A stretch of DNA of 64,000 bases from Bacillota bacterium (lineage in GTDB: Bacteria > Bacillota > Clostridia > Peptostreptococcales > Anaerovoracaceae): assembly GCA_017442785.1 (NCBI GenBank), contig JAFRZB010000038.1, positions 79,416-143,415 of the forward strand, written 5' to 3'. A program made the position numbers and the translations under genes. The notes beneath the pieces were generated by a model. The model did no database searches and was not told where the DNA came from. It saw only the letters and a list, made by a program, of their open reading frames with translations. Shown in pieces: positions 55,697 to 64,000 of the stretch; the first letter of the stretch is position 1, and each line of letters begins with the position of its first letter.

Positions 55697-56731
55697 CTAG
55701 GAGATCATGTCCTGGAGCCTGCGTACCTTGTACTGCAGCTCCACTGTCATGAAGAACTGCTTTATGTTGTTGAAATCCGTATCCGCAGGAACGTCGCAGC
55801 CTGAGGATATTATGAAGTTGTCGTACTTCATGCACTTCTGCAGGAGAGCCTGCGTGCCGCGCCTCATCTTCCATACTCCGCTGCTGCTGTTGAACATGCC
55901 GGAGGGGCTGATGTTGCCCATGACTATGCAGTCCTTGGGAAGAGCCTCAAGCAGCGCCGCCATGTCCGCGTTCTCGCCGAAGTGATACATCCTGGCTCCT
56001 GTGCCTGCCACTGCAGCGGCGCGGGATTCCAGCCTGTTTGCGCAGTTGTGATAGCATACCACGAAGCGCTCGTCCTGGACCTCATCGATTATCTTCTTTA
56101 CGTAGTCCGTAGAGAACTCCTGCATCAGAGACGGCGAGAGAAGTCCTGCAAGGGGCTCAGCCATTATGACGCCGTCAGCTCCTGCCTCCTTGAAGGCCTT
56201 GATGTAAGTTGTTATGAAGGTGCTGGCCTTTTCGAGTATGGTGTGCACCATGTCAGGATCCTCAAGGGTAAGGAGAAGTATCTCGTTTACATCCAGAAGA
56301 CGTCCTGCCAGCGAGAACGGTCCGGCGCAGTTGGCGAATACCGGCCTGTCGTTTATGAGCTTTGCGGCCTTCCTTACCGTGTCAAGGCACTTTCCTGTCC
56401 TTCCCGCTCCGAGTTCGGGTATCTTAAGCGCGTCAGCGTCTTCCTGAGTCTGTATGAGCTGGCCTACGATAGTGGGAACACCCTCTTCCGAATATACGGC
56501 CTTTGCTCCGAAAGCCTCGGCTTCGACGGAAAGATCCATGTAGCTTGTGGCGAAGGCCATCTGAGGATAGTGCTCGGCTATAAGATACATTCCTATTGCC
56601 ATCATGGTGCTGTCCGCTACGAGTTCCCTCACGGGGATGTACAGAGTCTGCGCTGCCGGGTATGAGATGAGCGGCGCCGCCTTCTTGTTTCTGTCAGCGA
56701 TCTGATCCCTGATCCAATTGTTCATGTTCAT
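55697..56731 (-). CDS. Uroporphyrinogen decarboxylase-family protein (MtaA/CmuA-like methyltransferase)
   Basis: 344 aa with the UroD fold. The putative Zn ligands YHNCAN (His, Cys) and SSGCD (Cys) are arranged as in methylcobamide:CoM-type methyltransferases. Confidence 0.78.
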   Translation of the reverse strand: MNMNNWIRDQIADRNKKAAPLISYPAAQTLYIPVRELVADSTMMAIGMYLIAEHYPQMAFATSYMDLSVEAEAFGAKAVYSEEGVPTIVGQLIQTQEDADALKIPELGAGRTGKCLDTVRKAAKLINDRPVFANCAGPFSLAGRLLDVNEILLLTLEDPDMVHTILEKASTFITTYIKAFKEAGADGVIMAEPLAGLLSPSLMQEFSTDYVKKIIDEVQDERFVVCYHNCANRLESRAAAVAGTGARMYHFGENADMAALLEALPKDCIVMGNISPSGMFNSSSGVWKMRRGTQALLQKCMKYDNFIISSGCDVPADTDFNNIKQFFMTVELQYKVRRLQDMIS

Positions 56732-56854
56732 GGTGTTTTCTTCCTTTCTGCGCTTGGCCGGCTGAAATATCTGTCACAAACAGTATAGCACTGAGGATAA
56801 TGGTTTTCTTTATCAAAACAGGACAATTTAATTACTGTTTTTCATCAAGATGCA

Positions 56855-59500
56855 CTATTTCAGATCGTACCAGTTGTCGGCGGTATTCTCCTCGGCTATC
56901 AGCTTTACCTTAAGCTCCGCGGCGCTCTCCATGCACTCCTTAAGGAGCCTTCCTACGCCTTCAGAGTCTTCCTTCCTGGCCTGGATTATTAGCTCGTCGT
57001 GCACCTGGAGTATCATGCGTGACTGCGGGTAAGCCTCCTCAAGAGCCTTAAAGACCTTTATCATCGCTATCTTTATGATATCCGCTGCAGTGCCCTGTAT
57101 GGGGCTGTTCATGGCGAGCCTCTCTCCGAGCTGCCTTACCATGTACTGCCCGGAAAGGATCTCGGGTATGGCGCGCTTCCTTCCGTAGAGAGTGCGCACG
57201 CTCCCGCTCCGTTTGGCCTGCTCAACGGACTTGTCCATGAAGGCCTTTACGCCTCTGAACCTGTTGAAATAGTCCTTTATGTACTGCTCGGCCTGCTTCC
57301 TGCTTATGGTGAGCTCCTCGGCAAGCCCGAAGCCGCTCATGCCGTAGATTACGCCGAAGTTGACTGCCTTGGCGTTGGATCTCAGCTGCGGTGTCACCTC
57401 CTCAAGCGGCACGCCGAAGACCTTTGATGCTGTCTCCCTGTGTATGTCGTGCCCGCCGGAGAAGGCCTCTATCAGCTCTTTGTCTCCTGCCATGTGAGCC
57501 ATTACCCTCAGCTCTATCTGGGAATAGTCCGCGCCCACCAGAACGTAGTCCGGGCTCTCGGCGATGAAGGCCTTCCTCAGCTGCCTTCCGAGCTCGGTCC
57601 TTACCGGAATGTTCTGAAGGTTTGGCTCGGTGCAGCTTATGCGTCCAGTGGCTGTTACGGTCTGCTGGAAGTGAGCGTGTATCTTGCCATCGGGCGCTAT
57701 GAGCGGCAGCATACCCTCAACGTAGGTGCTGTTGAGCTTGGCGAGCATCCTGTATTCCAGTATCTTGGGTATTATCGGATGGACGTCCCTGAGCTTTTCG
57801 AGTATGTCCGCGCTGGTGGAATAGCCTTTTTGGTTCTTCTTCCCTGCGGGAAGCCCCAGCTTTTCGAAAAGAACGGTGCCCAGCTGCTGAGGGCTGTTGA
57901 TGTTGAAGTCCTCACCCGCAAGCCCCAGTATCTGCTTTTCGAGTATCTTTATCTGCTCCTTGAGCTCTCCGCCGAAGGATATCAGCCTTTCCCTGTCTAC
58001 CGCGAAGCCTTCCTTCTCCATGCATGCGAGCACCTTGCAGAGAGGAAGCTCAATCTCGTAAAGAACGCGGGAAAGGTCCTCCTCTTCTATCTGTTTTCTC
58101 TGTACCTTTTCAAGAGCATCTATGTAAGCGAGCTTTTTGGCACTCTGAGAATAGTCCGCGGCCTGAGCAAAGAGCGACATCTGTTCCTGGCCGCCGCCAA
58201 GCTCCGCGTGGAAGACCTCAAGCACCAGCTCCGCAAGGCCCGGAGCCTTGGTACTGGGAGAAAGGACGTATCTTGCAAGGGCGCAGTCGAACTCGGTCTC
58301 GAAGCCGCGTATATCCGCTCCTTTGCACGCAAGATAGAAATACACCCTTCCCAGGCCGAAGCCGCGCAGCCTTATCCTCCTTCCGGAGGCTGCCTTTATG
58401 AATGCCTCCTCAAGGTCCGGCTCTATTACAAAACAGCCGTTTTCAGCCATTATCTCCGCTCTTTCGAATGAGATCCCGCCCACGTGGTTTTCGTCGCTCA
58501 AAACGTCTATTATAAGGCTTTCCGATGCAAATATACCCTCAAGGTCGGATTCCGATGCAGCTCTTATCTCCGGTATGGTAACAGCGGGAACGTCGGCCTG
58601 CACGCTTACGGGAGACGGTCCGCCGCCCTCCTTTATCTCCTTCAGCAGTTTGGACAGATAGGTCTTGAACTCCAGCCTGCTGTAGAGGCGTATCAGCTCG
58701 TCCGTATCCGCCGGCCTTATCTTAAGATCCTCCGCGGTATAATCCACGGGAACGTTGGTGATTATGGTAGCCAGCCTCTTGGACATCAGAGCCGTCTGAG
58801 CGCCGTCCTCTATCCTTTGGCGAAGCTTTGCGTTCTCCACCTTGTCGACGTTGGAGAGCAGCCCCTCAAGGGAGCCGAACTGCTGTATGAGTTTTATGGC
58901 GGTCTTCTCCCCTACGCCCTCTATCCCGGGGATGTTGTCGGAGGTATCTCCGCGCAGAGCCTTGTAATCTATGAACTGCTCGTGGTCGAAGCCGTACTCC
59001 TCCTTCATGGCAGCGTCGTCGTAGAGCTTGAACTCGCTTATGCCCTTCTTTGTGATGATAACGGAAGTCCTGTCAGTTGCGAGCTGCAGAGCGTCCCTGT
59101 CTCCCGTGATGACGAAGCACTCCATTCCTGCGTCCTCAGCCATGCGGGCTGTGGTCCCTATTATGTCGTCCGCCTCGAAGCCGTCGGTCTCGTACTGACT
59201 TATTCCCATGGCGGAGAGTATCTCCTTAAGGACAGGGAGCTCCATGGCCAGCTCGTCCGGCATGCGCTTCCTTCCGGCCTTGTAATCCGTATACTCCTTG
59301 TGCCTGAAGGTGGGAGCCTTCCTGTCGTAGGCCACGAGCATGTGCGTGGGGCTGTAGTCCGCCCTTATCTTCTGCAGCATGCTTAAAAAACCGTATATGC
59401 CCTGCGTATACATGCCGTCCTTTGTTATCATGGGACGCTGTATGGCGTAGTAGGCGCGGTTTACAAGGCTGTTTCCGTCTATTATGACTATTCTGTCCAT
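56855..59500 (-). CDS. polA: DNA polymerase I
   Basis: The start was moved to ATG 59500 (MDRIVIIDGNSLVNRAYYA). It has a 5'-3' exonuclease domain, a 3'-5' exo-like domain, and polymerase motifs DYSQIELRV, RR.AK.VNFG..YG and QVHDEL. Confidence 0.95.
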   Translation of the reverse strand: MDRIVIIDGNSLVNRAYYAIQRPMITKDGMYTQGIYGFLSMLQKIRADYSPTHMLVAYDRKAPTFRHKEYTDYKAGRKRMPDELAMELPVLKEILSAMGISQYETDGFEADDIIGTTARMAEDAGMECFVITGDRDALQLATDRTSVIITKKGISEFKLYDDAAMKEEYGFDHEQFIDYKALRGDTSDNIPGIEGVGEKTAIKLIQQFGSLEGLLSNVDKVENAKLRQRIEDGAQTALMSKRLATIITNVPVDYTAEDLKIRPADTDELIRLYSRLEFKTYLSKLLKEIKEGGGPSPVSVQADVPAVTIPEIRAASESDLEGIFASESLIIDVLSDENHVGGISFERAEIMAENGCFVIEPDLEEAFIKAASGRRIRLRGFGLGRVYFYLACKGADIRGFETEFDCALARYVLSPSTKAPGLAELVLEVFHAELGGGQEQMSLFAQAADYSQSAKKLAYIDALEKVQRKQIEEEDLSRVLYEIELPLCKVLACMEKEGFAVDRERLISFGGELKEQIKILEKQILGLAGEDFNINSPQQLGTVLFEKLGLPAGKKNQKGYSTSADILEKLRDVHPIIPKILEYRMLAKLNSTYVEGMLPLIAPDGKIHAHFQQTVTATGRISCTEPNLQNIPVRTELGRQLRKAFIAESPDYVLVGADYSQIELRVMAHMAGDKELIEAFSGGHDIHRETASKVFGVPLEEVTPQLRSNAKAVNFGVIYGMSGFGLAEELTISRKQAEQYIKDYFNRFRGVKAFMDKSVEQAKRSGSVRTLYGRKRAIPEILSGQYMVRQLGERLAMNSPIQGTAADIIKIAMIKVFKALEEAYPQSRMILQVHDELIIQARKEDSEGVGRLLKECMESAAELKVKLIAEENTADNWYDLK

Positions 59501-59706
59501 GGCTGTTTTCTCTAATAAAAAATCCCAAAATGCCGTTGGGCTATAATTCACGCCCTATCAAGAGATAGGTGGGATGCCTGCGCTCCGTCTTCTGTCTTCC
59601 ACTGATCTTATGAGGCCTGACATAACGGCGGATCTGACATACGGCTTCCCTTAAATGAACTGTAGGTTGAATTAACGCCCTGACGAACATCTCAGGATAT
59701 AAAAGT

Positions 59707-60435
59707 TTACTCTTCGTCGTAAAGATCTACTGCGCTGTTTGTATATACCTTCTGAACGTCATCGTCGTCCTCAAGAGCCTCGATCATCTTTCTGAGCTGA
59801 CCGATGACTGAGGGGTCCGGTTCGGAGGTCATGGACGGTACCTGCTCGACGTCTGCTTCCACGGTCTCAAGACCGGCGGCCTTTACTGCGGCTACGACGT
59901 CGTTGAACACGTCCGGCGGGCAGAGGACGTCGAAGCTGTCCTCATACTCAACTATGTCTTCCGCGCCTGCTTCGAGCGCCACCTCCATAAGCTGATCCTC
60001 TGTAACACCTGTCTCCTTGTCGAATACAAGGACGCCCTTAGTGTCGAACATGTAGGATACGCATCCCGGAGTTCCGAGGTTTCCTCCGAACTTGTCGAAA
60101 GCGTGCTTTACGGAGGACGTGGTCCTGTTCTTGTTGTCTGTAAGCGCTTCTACTATTACAGCTACGCCGCCTGCGCCGTAGCCTTCGAACTTGAGCTCTT
60201 CGTATGTCTCTCCCGCGAGCTCTCCAGTGCCCTTCTTGATGGCTCTTGTGATGTTGTCGTTCGGAAGGCCTGCTGCCTTTGCCTTATCTATGGCGGTCCT
60301 CAGAGTAGGATTGTAATCCGGATCTCCTCCCGCCTTGGCGGCTACTGTTATAAGTCTAGCGTATTTGGTGAAGCTGGCGGCTCTCTTAGAGTCCTGCGCT
60401 GCTTTTCTTCCGGCGATAGTGCCGTGTCTGCCCAT
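59707..60435 (-). CDS. YebC/PmpR-family DNA-binding transcriptional regulator
   Basis: The start was moved to ATG 60435 (GGGAG 9 nt upstream). Motifs: MGRHGTIAGRKAAQDSKRA..F.K....I..AAK.GG.DP..N..LR.AI.KAK. Confidence 0.9.
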   Translation of the reverse strand: MGRHGTIAGRKAAQDSKRAASFTKYARLITVAAKAGGDPDYNPTLRTAIDKAKAAGLPNDNITRAIKKGTGELAGETYEELKFEGYGAGGVAVIVEALTDNKNRTTSSVKHAFDKFGGNLGTPGCVSYMFDTKGVLVFDKETGVTEDQLMEVALEAGAEDIVEYEDSFDVLCPPDVFNDVVAAVKAAGLETVEADVEQVPSMTSEPDPSVIGQLRKMIEALEDDDDVQKVYTNSAVDLYDEE

Positions 60436-60513
60436 TGGAATCAACTCCCTTCAAAATGATAAAACTGTTCTTTCGCTTAGATTTTACCACTAAAGGCTGC
60501 AATGTTCAAGATG

Positions 60514-61041
60514 TCAGTCGATATAATACACCCTGTTACTTTTTCTGGGAACGGGTTTGGGAAGCTCGCAGTCCATGTAGCCTACGCAGCAGTGGCCTAT
60601 CCCCTCCCACTCTCCTTCTATTCCGAGATCCTTAAGGATGCCTTTGTAATAGTCGGTCTCGAACTCCTCCCTGGCGCGGTGTATCCATATGCTTCCCAGC
60701 CCCAGAGCGTGGGCCGCAAGCATCATGTTGCCCATTACGAGGCTGCCGTCGTAGACCCTGTTGTACCAGTCCTTAGGGGCAAGGACGACGAGAACCGCCG
60801 GCGCTCCGTAGAAGGGATCGGAATCCCTGTCCCCGCCGAGTATTGCGAGATTATCCTTCGACATCCTGTCCCTGAGCTGCTTATTGGTTATGGCTACTAT
60901 AATAGGCTTCTGCTGACCTCTGCCGCTGGCCGCGTAGAGCCCCGCCTCTATTATCTGATCCAGCATCTCCTTAGGCGGAAGATCCGGCTTGAACTTTCTT
61001 ATGCTCCGTCTCTCCAGGATCGCCCTGATCACTTCGTTCAT
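60514..61041 (-). CDS. Nitroreductase-family protein
   Basis: 175 aa; ILERRSIRKF, SG.GQQ, and M.LAAHALGLGS.W. Confidence 0.85.
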   Translation of the reverse strand: MNEVIRAILERRSIRKFKPDLPPKEMLDQIIEAGLYAASGRGQQKPIIVAITNKQLRDRMSKDNLAILGGDRDSDPFYGAPAVLVVLAPKDWYNRVYDGSLVMGNMMLAAHALGLGSIWIHRAREEFETDYYKGILKDLGIEGEWEGIGHCCVGYMDCELPKPVPRKSNRVYYID

Positions 61042-62036
61042 GATATTCCTCCGTTCTCTTCTTCCTCGGGATACTTAAGTCCCCACTCCTCGCGAATGGA
61101 TGACATAATATGCATTACGTTTTTGGTAAGCTCTGTCTTCATTAAGGAGGGATCACCACTCATGACAGCCTCCTCCATGTCCTCTGTCTCATAGGCGTAA
61201 GCCATTGAGGACCTGCCGGCCCTTATCTCCTTCGTCTCTCCGCTTTCCGTAAGCGTAAGATATGCGTTCTCCGCCTTTGGATAGTTGGGGATTTCTATGT
61301 AGCCCTTATCGAAGCTTATCATTATTCGCTTGGGCTGCTTGGCGTGCATGCTGAGGGCCACCGTGGCCACCTGTCCGCTGTCTGTCGCCAGAGCAACCGC
61401 GGACATCTCGTCAGAGCCCGCAGGCGACGGCACCATGACGCTGAAGACCTTCGATGGATCCTGATCCATAAAGCTCCTGACCGCTGAAAGCGCGTATACG
61501 CCTATGTCCAGCAGCGCCCCTCCGCCGAGAGCCATGTTGAAGAAGCGGTTGTTCATGTCGTACTGCTTGAAGCTCCCGAAGTTGGCGCTTATCACCTTTA
61601 CCCGGCCAAGCTCACCGCTGTCCTTCATCGCCCAAAGCTGCTTAAAAAGTGGCATGTGATATATGGTCTGTGCCTCGGCGAGTATCAGGCCTTTTCCTTC
61701 CGCTGTCCCGTAGAGCTCATCGAGCTGCGCGGAGTTGAGGGTTATGGATTTTTCGGCAAGGACATGCTTTCCGGCAAGAAGGCACTCCTTTATATACCCG
61801 TAATGCGTATTATGAGGCGTGGCAATGTAGACTATGTCCACGTCCGGGTCCGCGCAGAGATCTGCGCTGCTTCTGTATACTATTTCCGCTCCGTACTTAA
61901 GCGCGAAGGCTTCCGCGTGCTCGTATGTCCTGTTGTATATGCCCAGGAAGCGCTTTCCCTTCTCGCTGAAGGTTGTTGCCATCTCGTTGGCGATAGTGCC
62001 GGCGCCTATTATCGCCCAGCCCGGCTGTCTTTCCAT
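61038..62036 (-). CDS. Gfo/Idh/MocA-family NAD(P)-dependent oxidoreductase
   Basis: 332 aa; Rossmann N-terminus WAIIGAGTIA, plus VYIATPHNTHY......L.AGKHVL.EK. Confidence 0.85.
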   Translation of the reverse strand: MERQPGWAIIGAGTIANEMATTFSEKGKRFLGIYNRTYEHAEAFALKYGAEIVYRSSADLCADPDVDIVYIATPHNTHYGYIKECLLAGKHVLAEKSITLNSAQLDELYGTAEGKGLILAEAQTIYHMPLFKQLWAMKDSGELGRVKVISANFGSFKQYDMNNRFFNMALGGGALLDIGVYALSAVRSFMDQDPSKVFSVMVPSPAGSDEMSAVALATDSGQVATVALSMHAKQPKRIMISFDKGYIEIPNYPKAENAYLTLTESGETKEIRAGRSSMAYAYETEDMEEAVMSGDPSLMKTELTKNVMHIMSSIREEWGLKYPEEEENGGIS

Positions 62037-62045
62037 AGGTGCTCC

Positions 62046-63026
62046 TTATCTGAAGTTGATGTCGTATACGTGCTCGGCAAGCTCAGCGTTGACGAAATCC
62101 AGGATGATCCAGGACTTCGGAAGGCCGGAGATGTTCTCGCTCAGCAGGTTCTTGTTCAGTATCTTGGCATAGGTGAAAGGATGTCCGAACTTCGGCGTGC
62201 CGTTGGTGCTCAGGAAATTGATCCTTAGATCTCCGCCGTTTCCCGCACCGAAGGCCGCCTTGAAAGCGCTCCATTTATCGGCTGCGGAATACTTGAACCT
62301 GTCCTGTACGGAGAGCACATAGGTATCCTGAGGCTCTCTGGCAGCGTTCAGGGAGGTATCGCTGTTTCCGCCCTGGTCCGTCCAAAGCAGCTGTATGCCC
62401 GAAGCGCTGCCCAGAGACAGGACATCCTCGTAGCGCCTCATCAGGACAAGCTTGCCTCTGCACTCTCCAAGCCTGGGGATGCTGTCCGAAAGATACCACA
62501 TGCCGGGGTCAAGCTCTATGTATCTTTGCAGCACGGTCTGGAAGGCAGCGGTGTCGTCTCCGCGCTCCTGCTTTACCGCAAAAATGATGGTCTCCGTCGG
62601 ATGCTCCTTAAGGAACACGTAGCATCTCTCCAGCACGTCTCCTATCTCAAGGTCTCTCTCCCAGGGCAGGAAACCTGTCTTGCACTTGCAAAAGCCGTGG
62701 TAGAAGATAAGATCGTCTCCGGATTTGTTGAGCCCCAGCCTTATGTCAAGGTACCTGCAGCCGTCTCGCAGCTGCTCGCCTACGGAAAGCGACTGGCACT
62801 TGGAGAAGAAGGCAAGCTGGACGTACTGCGTGGCGCTGTAGTGGGTGCCGGGGATGGAGATGTCGCTTATGAGCACGTCGTCCCCCAGCCTTGCCATCCA
62901 GCTTTCGGAGTCGTCCGCGGGACCGCTGCTTATCTTTTCCATAAGCGGCTCAAGGAAGACGTACAGAAGAGCTATCACCACCAGCGCCAGGACCACCAGC
63001 AGTATTTTTTTAAGCAGTTTTTTCAT
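62046..63026 (-). CDS. Membrane-anchored PI-PLC X-domain (phosphatidylinositol-specific phospholipase C-like) protein
   Basis: N-terminal TM, IPGTHYS (general-base His), YLDIRL, and FYHG (second catalytic His). Confidence 0.78.
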   Translation of the reverse strand: MKKLLKKILLVVLALVVIALLYVFLEPLMEKISSGPADDSESWMARLGDDVLISDISIPGTHYSATQYVQLAFFSKCQSLSVGEQLRDGCRYLDIRLGLNKSGDDLIFYHGFCKCKTGFLPWERDLEIGDVLERCYVFLKEHPTETIIFAVKQERGDDTAAFQTVLQRYIELDPGMWYLSDSIPRLGECRGKLVLMRRYEDVLSLGSASGIQLLWTDQGGNSDTSLNAAREPQDTYVLSVQDRFKYSAADKWSAFKAAFGAGNGGDLRINFLSTNGTPKFGHPFTYAKILNKNLLSENISGLPKSWIILDFVNAELAEHVYDINFR

Positions 63027-63028
63027 TC

Positions 63029-63850
63029 TTACTCCGCTTCAAGCAGTTCTATAGTGAAATTGAGTTCCTTTCCCGCAAGCTCGTGGTTAGCGTCGAAGGT
63101 AATGTTTATCTCGTCCTTTGCGGCAACGGTCACAGCCACCGGCCTTCCCATCCTGTCCTGAAGATAGACCCTCTGGCCTACCTCCGCGTACTCGGCCCCG
63201 GGAAGATCTGCTATGGCAACGCTGAATATCTGCGCGGGGTCCTGCTCTCCGTAGGCCTCGGCCGGGGAAAGGTGCACGTCTATCTTCTCGCCAACCTCCA
63301 TCCCGGCGACTGCAGCGTCGAAGCCGGGTATCATCATCCCCGCTCCGCAGACGAACTCCAGAGGCTCTCCGCGGTCGTAGGAGGAATCGAACTGGCTTCC
63401 ATCGTTGAAGGTGCCCCGGTAGTGGACCTTTACCCTCTTGCCGGAGTTCTTCCCTTCCGCATGATGACCGCAGCCGCAGTGGTCCCCGCCGTGATGTCCG
63501 CAGTGGTCGTGGTCATGGTCGTGATGGCTGCAGTTTGCGCCGCTGCTTACAAGCTCGCCCTTAAGGTAGGCTTCAACAGCCGCGTCCGCGTCCCCGGAAG
63601 CGCCCGAACATAGTTCTATGCCGCTCTCCGCAAGCGCAGCCTGCGCTCCTGGCCCTATTCCTCCGCAGATGAGCACATCTATGCTGCGGCCGGCAAGAAG
63701 CGAAGCAATCTCCTCGTGTCCGTGCCCGTCCGATCCGATCACCCTGGAAGAGACTATTTTCCCGTCCTCGACGTCATATACCTTGAACTCCTCGGTATGC
63801 CCGAAATGCTGGAATACCTGTCCGTTTTCATAAGTTACCGCTATTTTCAT
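63029..63850 (-). CDS. Fusion protein: NifB/NifX-family (FeMo-cofactor-binding-like) domain, His/Cys-rich linker, SlyD-type FKBP peptidyl-prolyl isomerase
   Basis: N-terminus is MKIAVTYENGQVFQHFGHTEEFKVYDV...VLICGGIGPGA. The linker is CSHHDHDHDHCGHHGGDHCGCGHH. The C-terminus is VKVHYRGTF.DGS.FDSS......EF..G.G.MIPGFD.AV.GM..GE with an inserted flap domain. GGAG lies 6 nt upstream of the ATG. Confidence 0.82.
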   Translation of the reverse strand: MKIAVTYENGQVFQHFGHTEEFKVYDVEDGKIVSSRVIGSDGHGHEEIASLLAGRSIDVLICGGIGPGAQAALAESGIELCSGASGDADAAVEAYLKGELVSSGANCSHHDHDHDHCGHHGGDHCGCGHHAEGKNSGKRVKVHYRGTFNDGSQFDSSYDRGEPLEFVCGAGMMIPGFDAAVAGMEVGEKIDVHLSPAEAYGEQDPAQIFSVAIADLPGAEYAEVGQRVYLQDRMGRPVAVTVAAKDEINITFDANHELAGKELNFTIELLEAE

Positions 63851-63868
63851 CTCTAACTCCTTTTATGA

Positions 63869-64000
63869 TCATTTTATTTTCAGCGATCTTAAATATTCTT
63901 TCTGCTCCTGCGTTATCCGGAAGCTCTCAAGAGCCTTTTGTATGGCCTTGTTGTGGGTCCATCTCTCCAGCCGCCGCTCTTCTATGTAAGGTATCACGGC
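63869..64000 (-). CDS. 3' end of an unidentified ORF running in from the right window edge
   Basis: An open frame of 43 codons (...AVIPYIEERRLERWTHNKAIQKALESFRITQEQKEYLRSLKIK) ends at TGA 63871-63869, 18 nt upstream of the next gene. I did not recognise a family. Confidence 0.35.
   Translation of the reverse strand, partial: AVIPYIEERRLERWTHNKAIQKALESFRITQEQKEYLRSLKIK

Noticed and set aside
59553-59575. CCTATCAAGAGATAGGTGGGA on the + strand looked reminiscent of the start of a SAM-I riboswitch or T-box stem I.
   Set aside because: The conserved SAM-I core (GGAGGGA...GGCCC...GCAACC) and the T-box sequence are absent. The element would also be on the strand opposite to both flanking genes, with nothing downstream to regulate.
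63455-63545. A repetitive CAT/CAC/GAC-rich stretch that looked like a DNA-level tandem repeat.
   Set aside because: It is the coding sequence of the His/Asp/Cys-rich linker of the NifX-FKBP protein. The periodicity is codon-level, with no spacer-repeat structure.

Overview
This 64 kb chromosomal window comes from a Firmicutes/Clostridia-type genome and is almost wall-to-wall housekeeping genes. Intergenic gaps are very short and many start/stop codons overlap. On the + strand, 1-31643 carries ackA (partial), rpmF, yajC, rel, an MBL hydrolase, hemZ-like, hisS, aspS, a nadD-yqeK fusion, rsfS, leuS, rnj, a YlbF/YheA-family gene, an M24 peptidase, efp, asp23, nusB, a TsaD-like gene, xseAB, ispA, dxs, tlyA, mutS, mutL, miaA, a Xer-type tyrosine recombinase, ynbB-like and a small LysM protein. 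Only a tRNA-Leu(CAA) is on the other strand in this block. On the - strand, 31919-52817 carries MGMT, a hypothetical gene, an FAD oxidoreductase, an ELP3-like radical SAM gene, thermonuclease, ruvX, ireB-like, alaS, DUF896, comEA, YibE/F, TIGR03936/TIGR03960, obg, rpmA, rplU, recA, cinA, pgsA, rimO and ftsK. Next come asd and a CDF transporter (+), then coaE, a UroD/MtaA-like gene, polA, yebC, nitroreductase, a Gfo/Idh/MocA gene, a PI-PLC-like gene and a NifX-FKBP fusion (all -). There are no rRNA genes, CRISPR arrays, IS elements or prophage genes. The most interesting signal is at the + to - orientation switch (31.6-31.9 kb). A 44-bp near-perfect palindrome with a dif-like 10-6-10 core sits between convergent terminators. 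A second copy of the same core lies 3.2 kb to the left, directly on the promoter of an XerS-like recombinase whose mRNA looks leaderless. I read this as a candidate single-recombinase Xer/dif terminus module, possibly bracketing an excisable 3.2 kb segment. That segment also carries a YneA-like LysM gene behind a consensus promoter buried in three LexA boxes. recA in the same window has an identical LexA box. Other points of note are several unusual domain fusions (NadD-YqeK, NifX-His/Cys-rich linker-SlyD), an uncharacterised translationally coupled rSAM-FAD-hypothetical-MGMT module, and the absence of T-box leaders before four aaRS genes. All functional calls come from reading the translations and motifs by eye; no database search was run.
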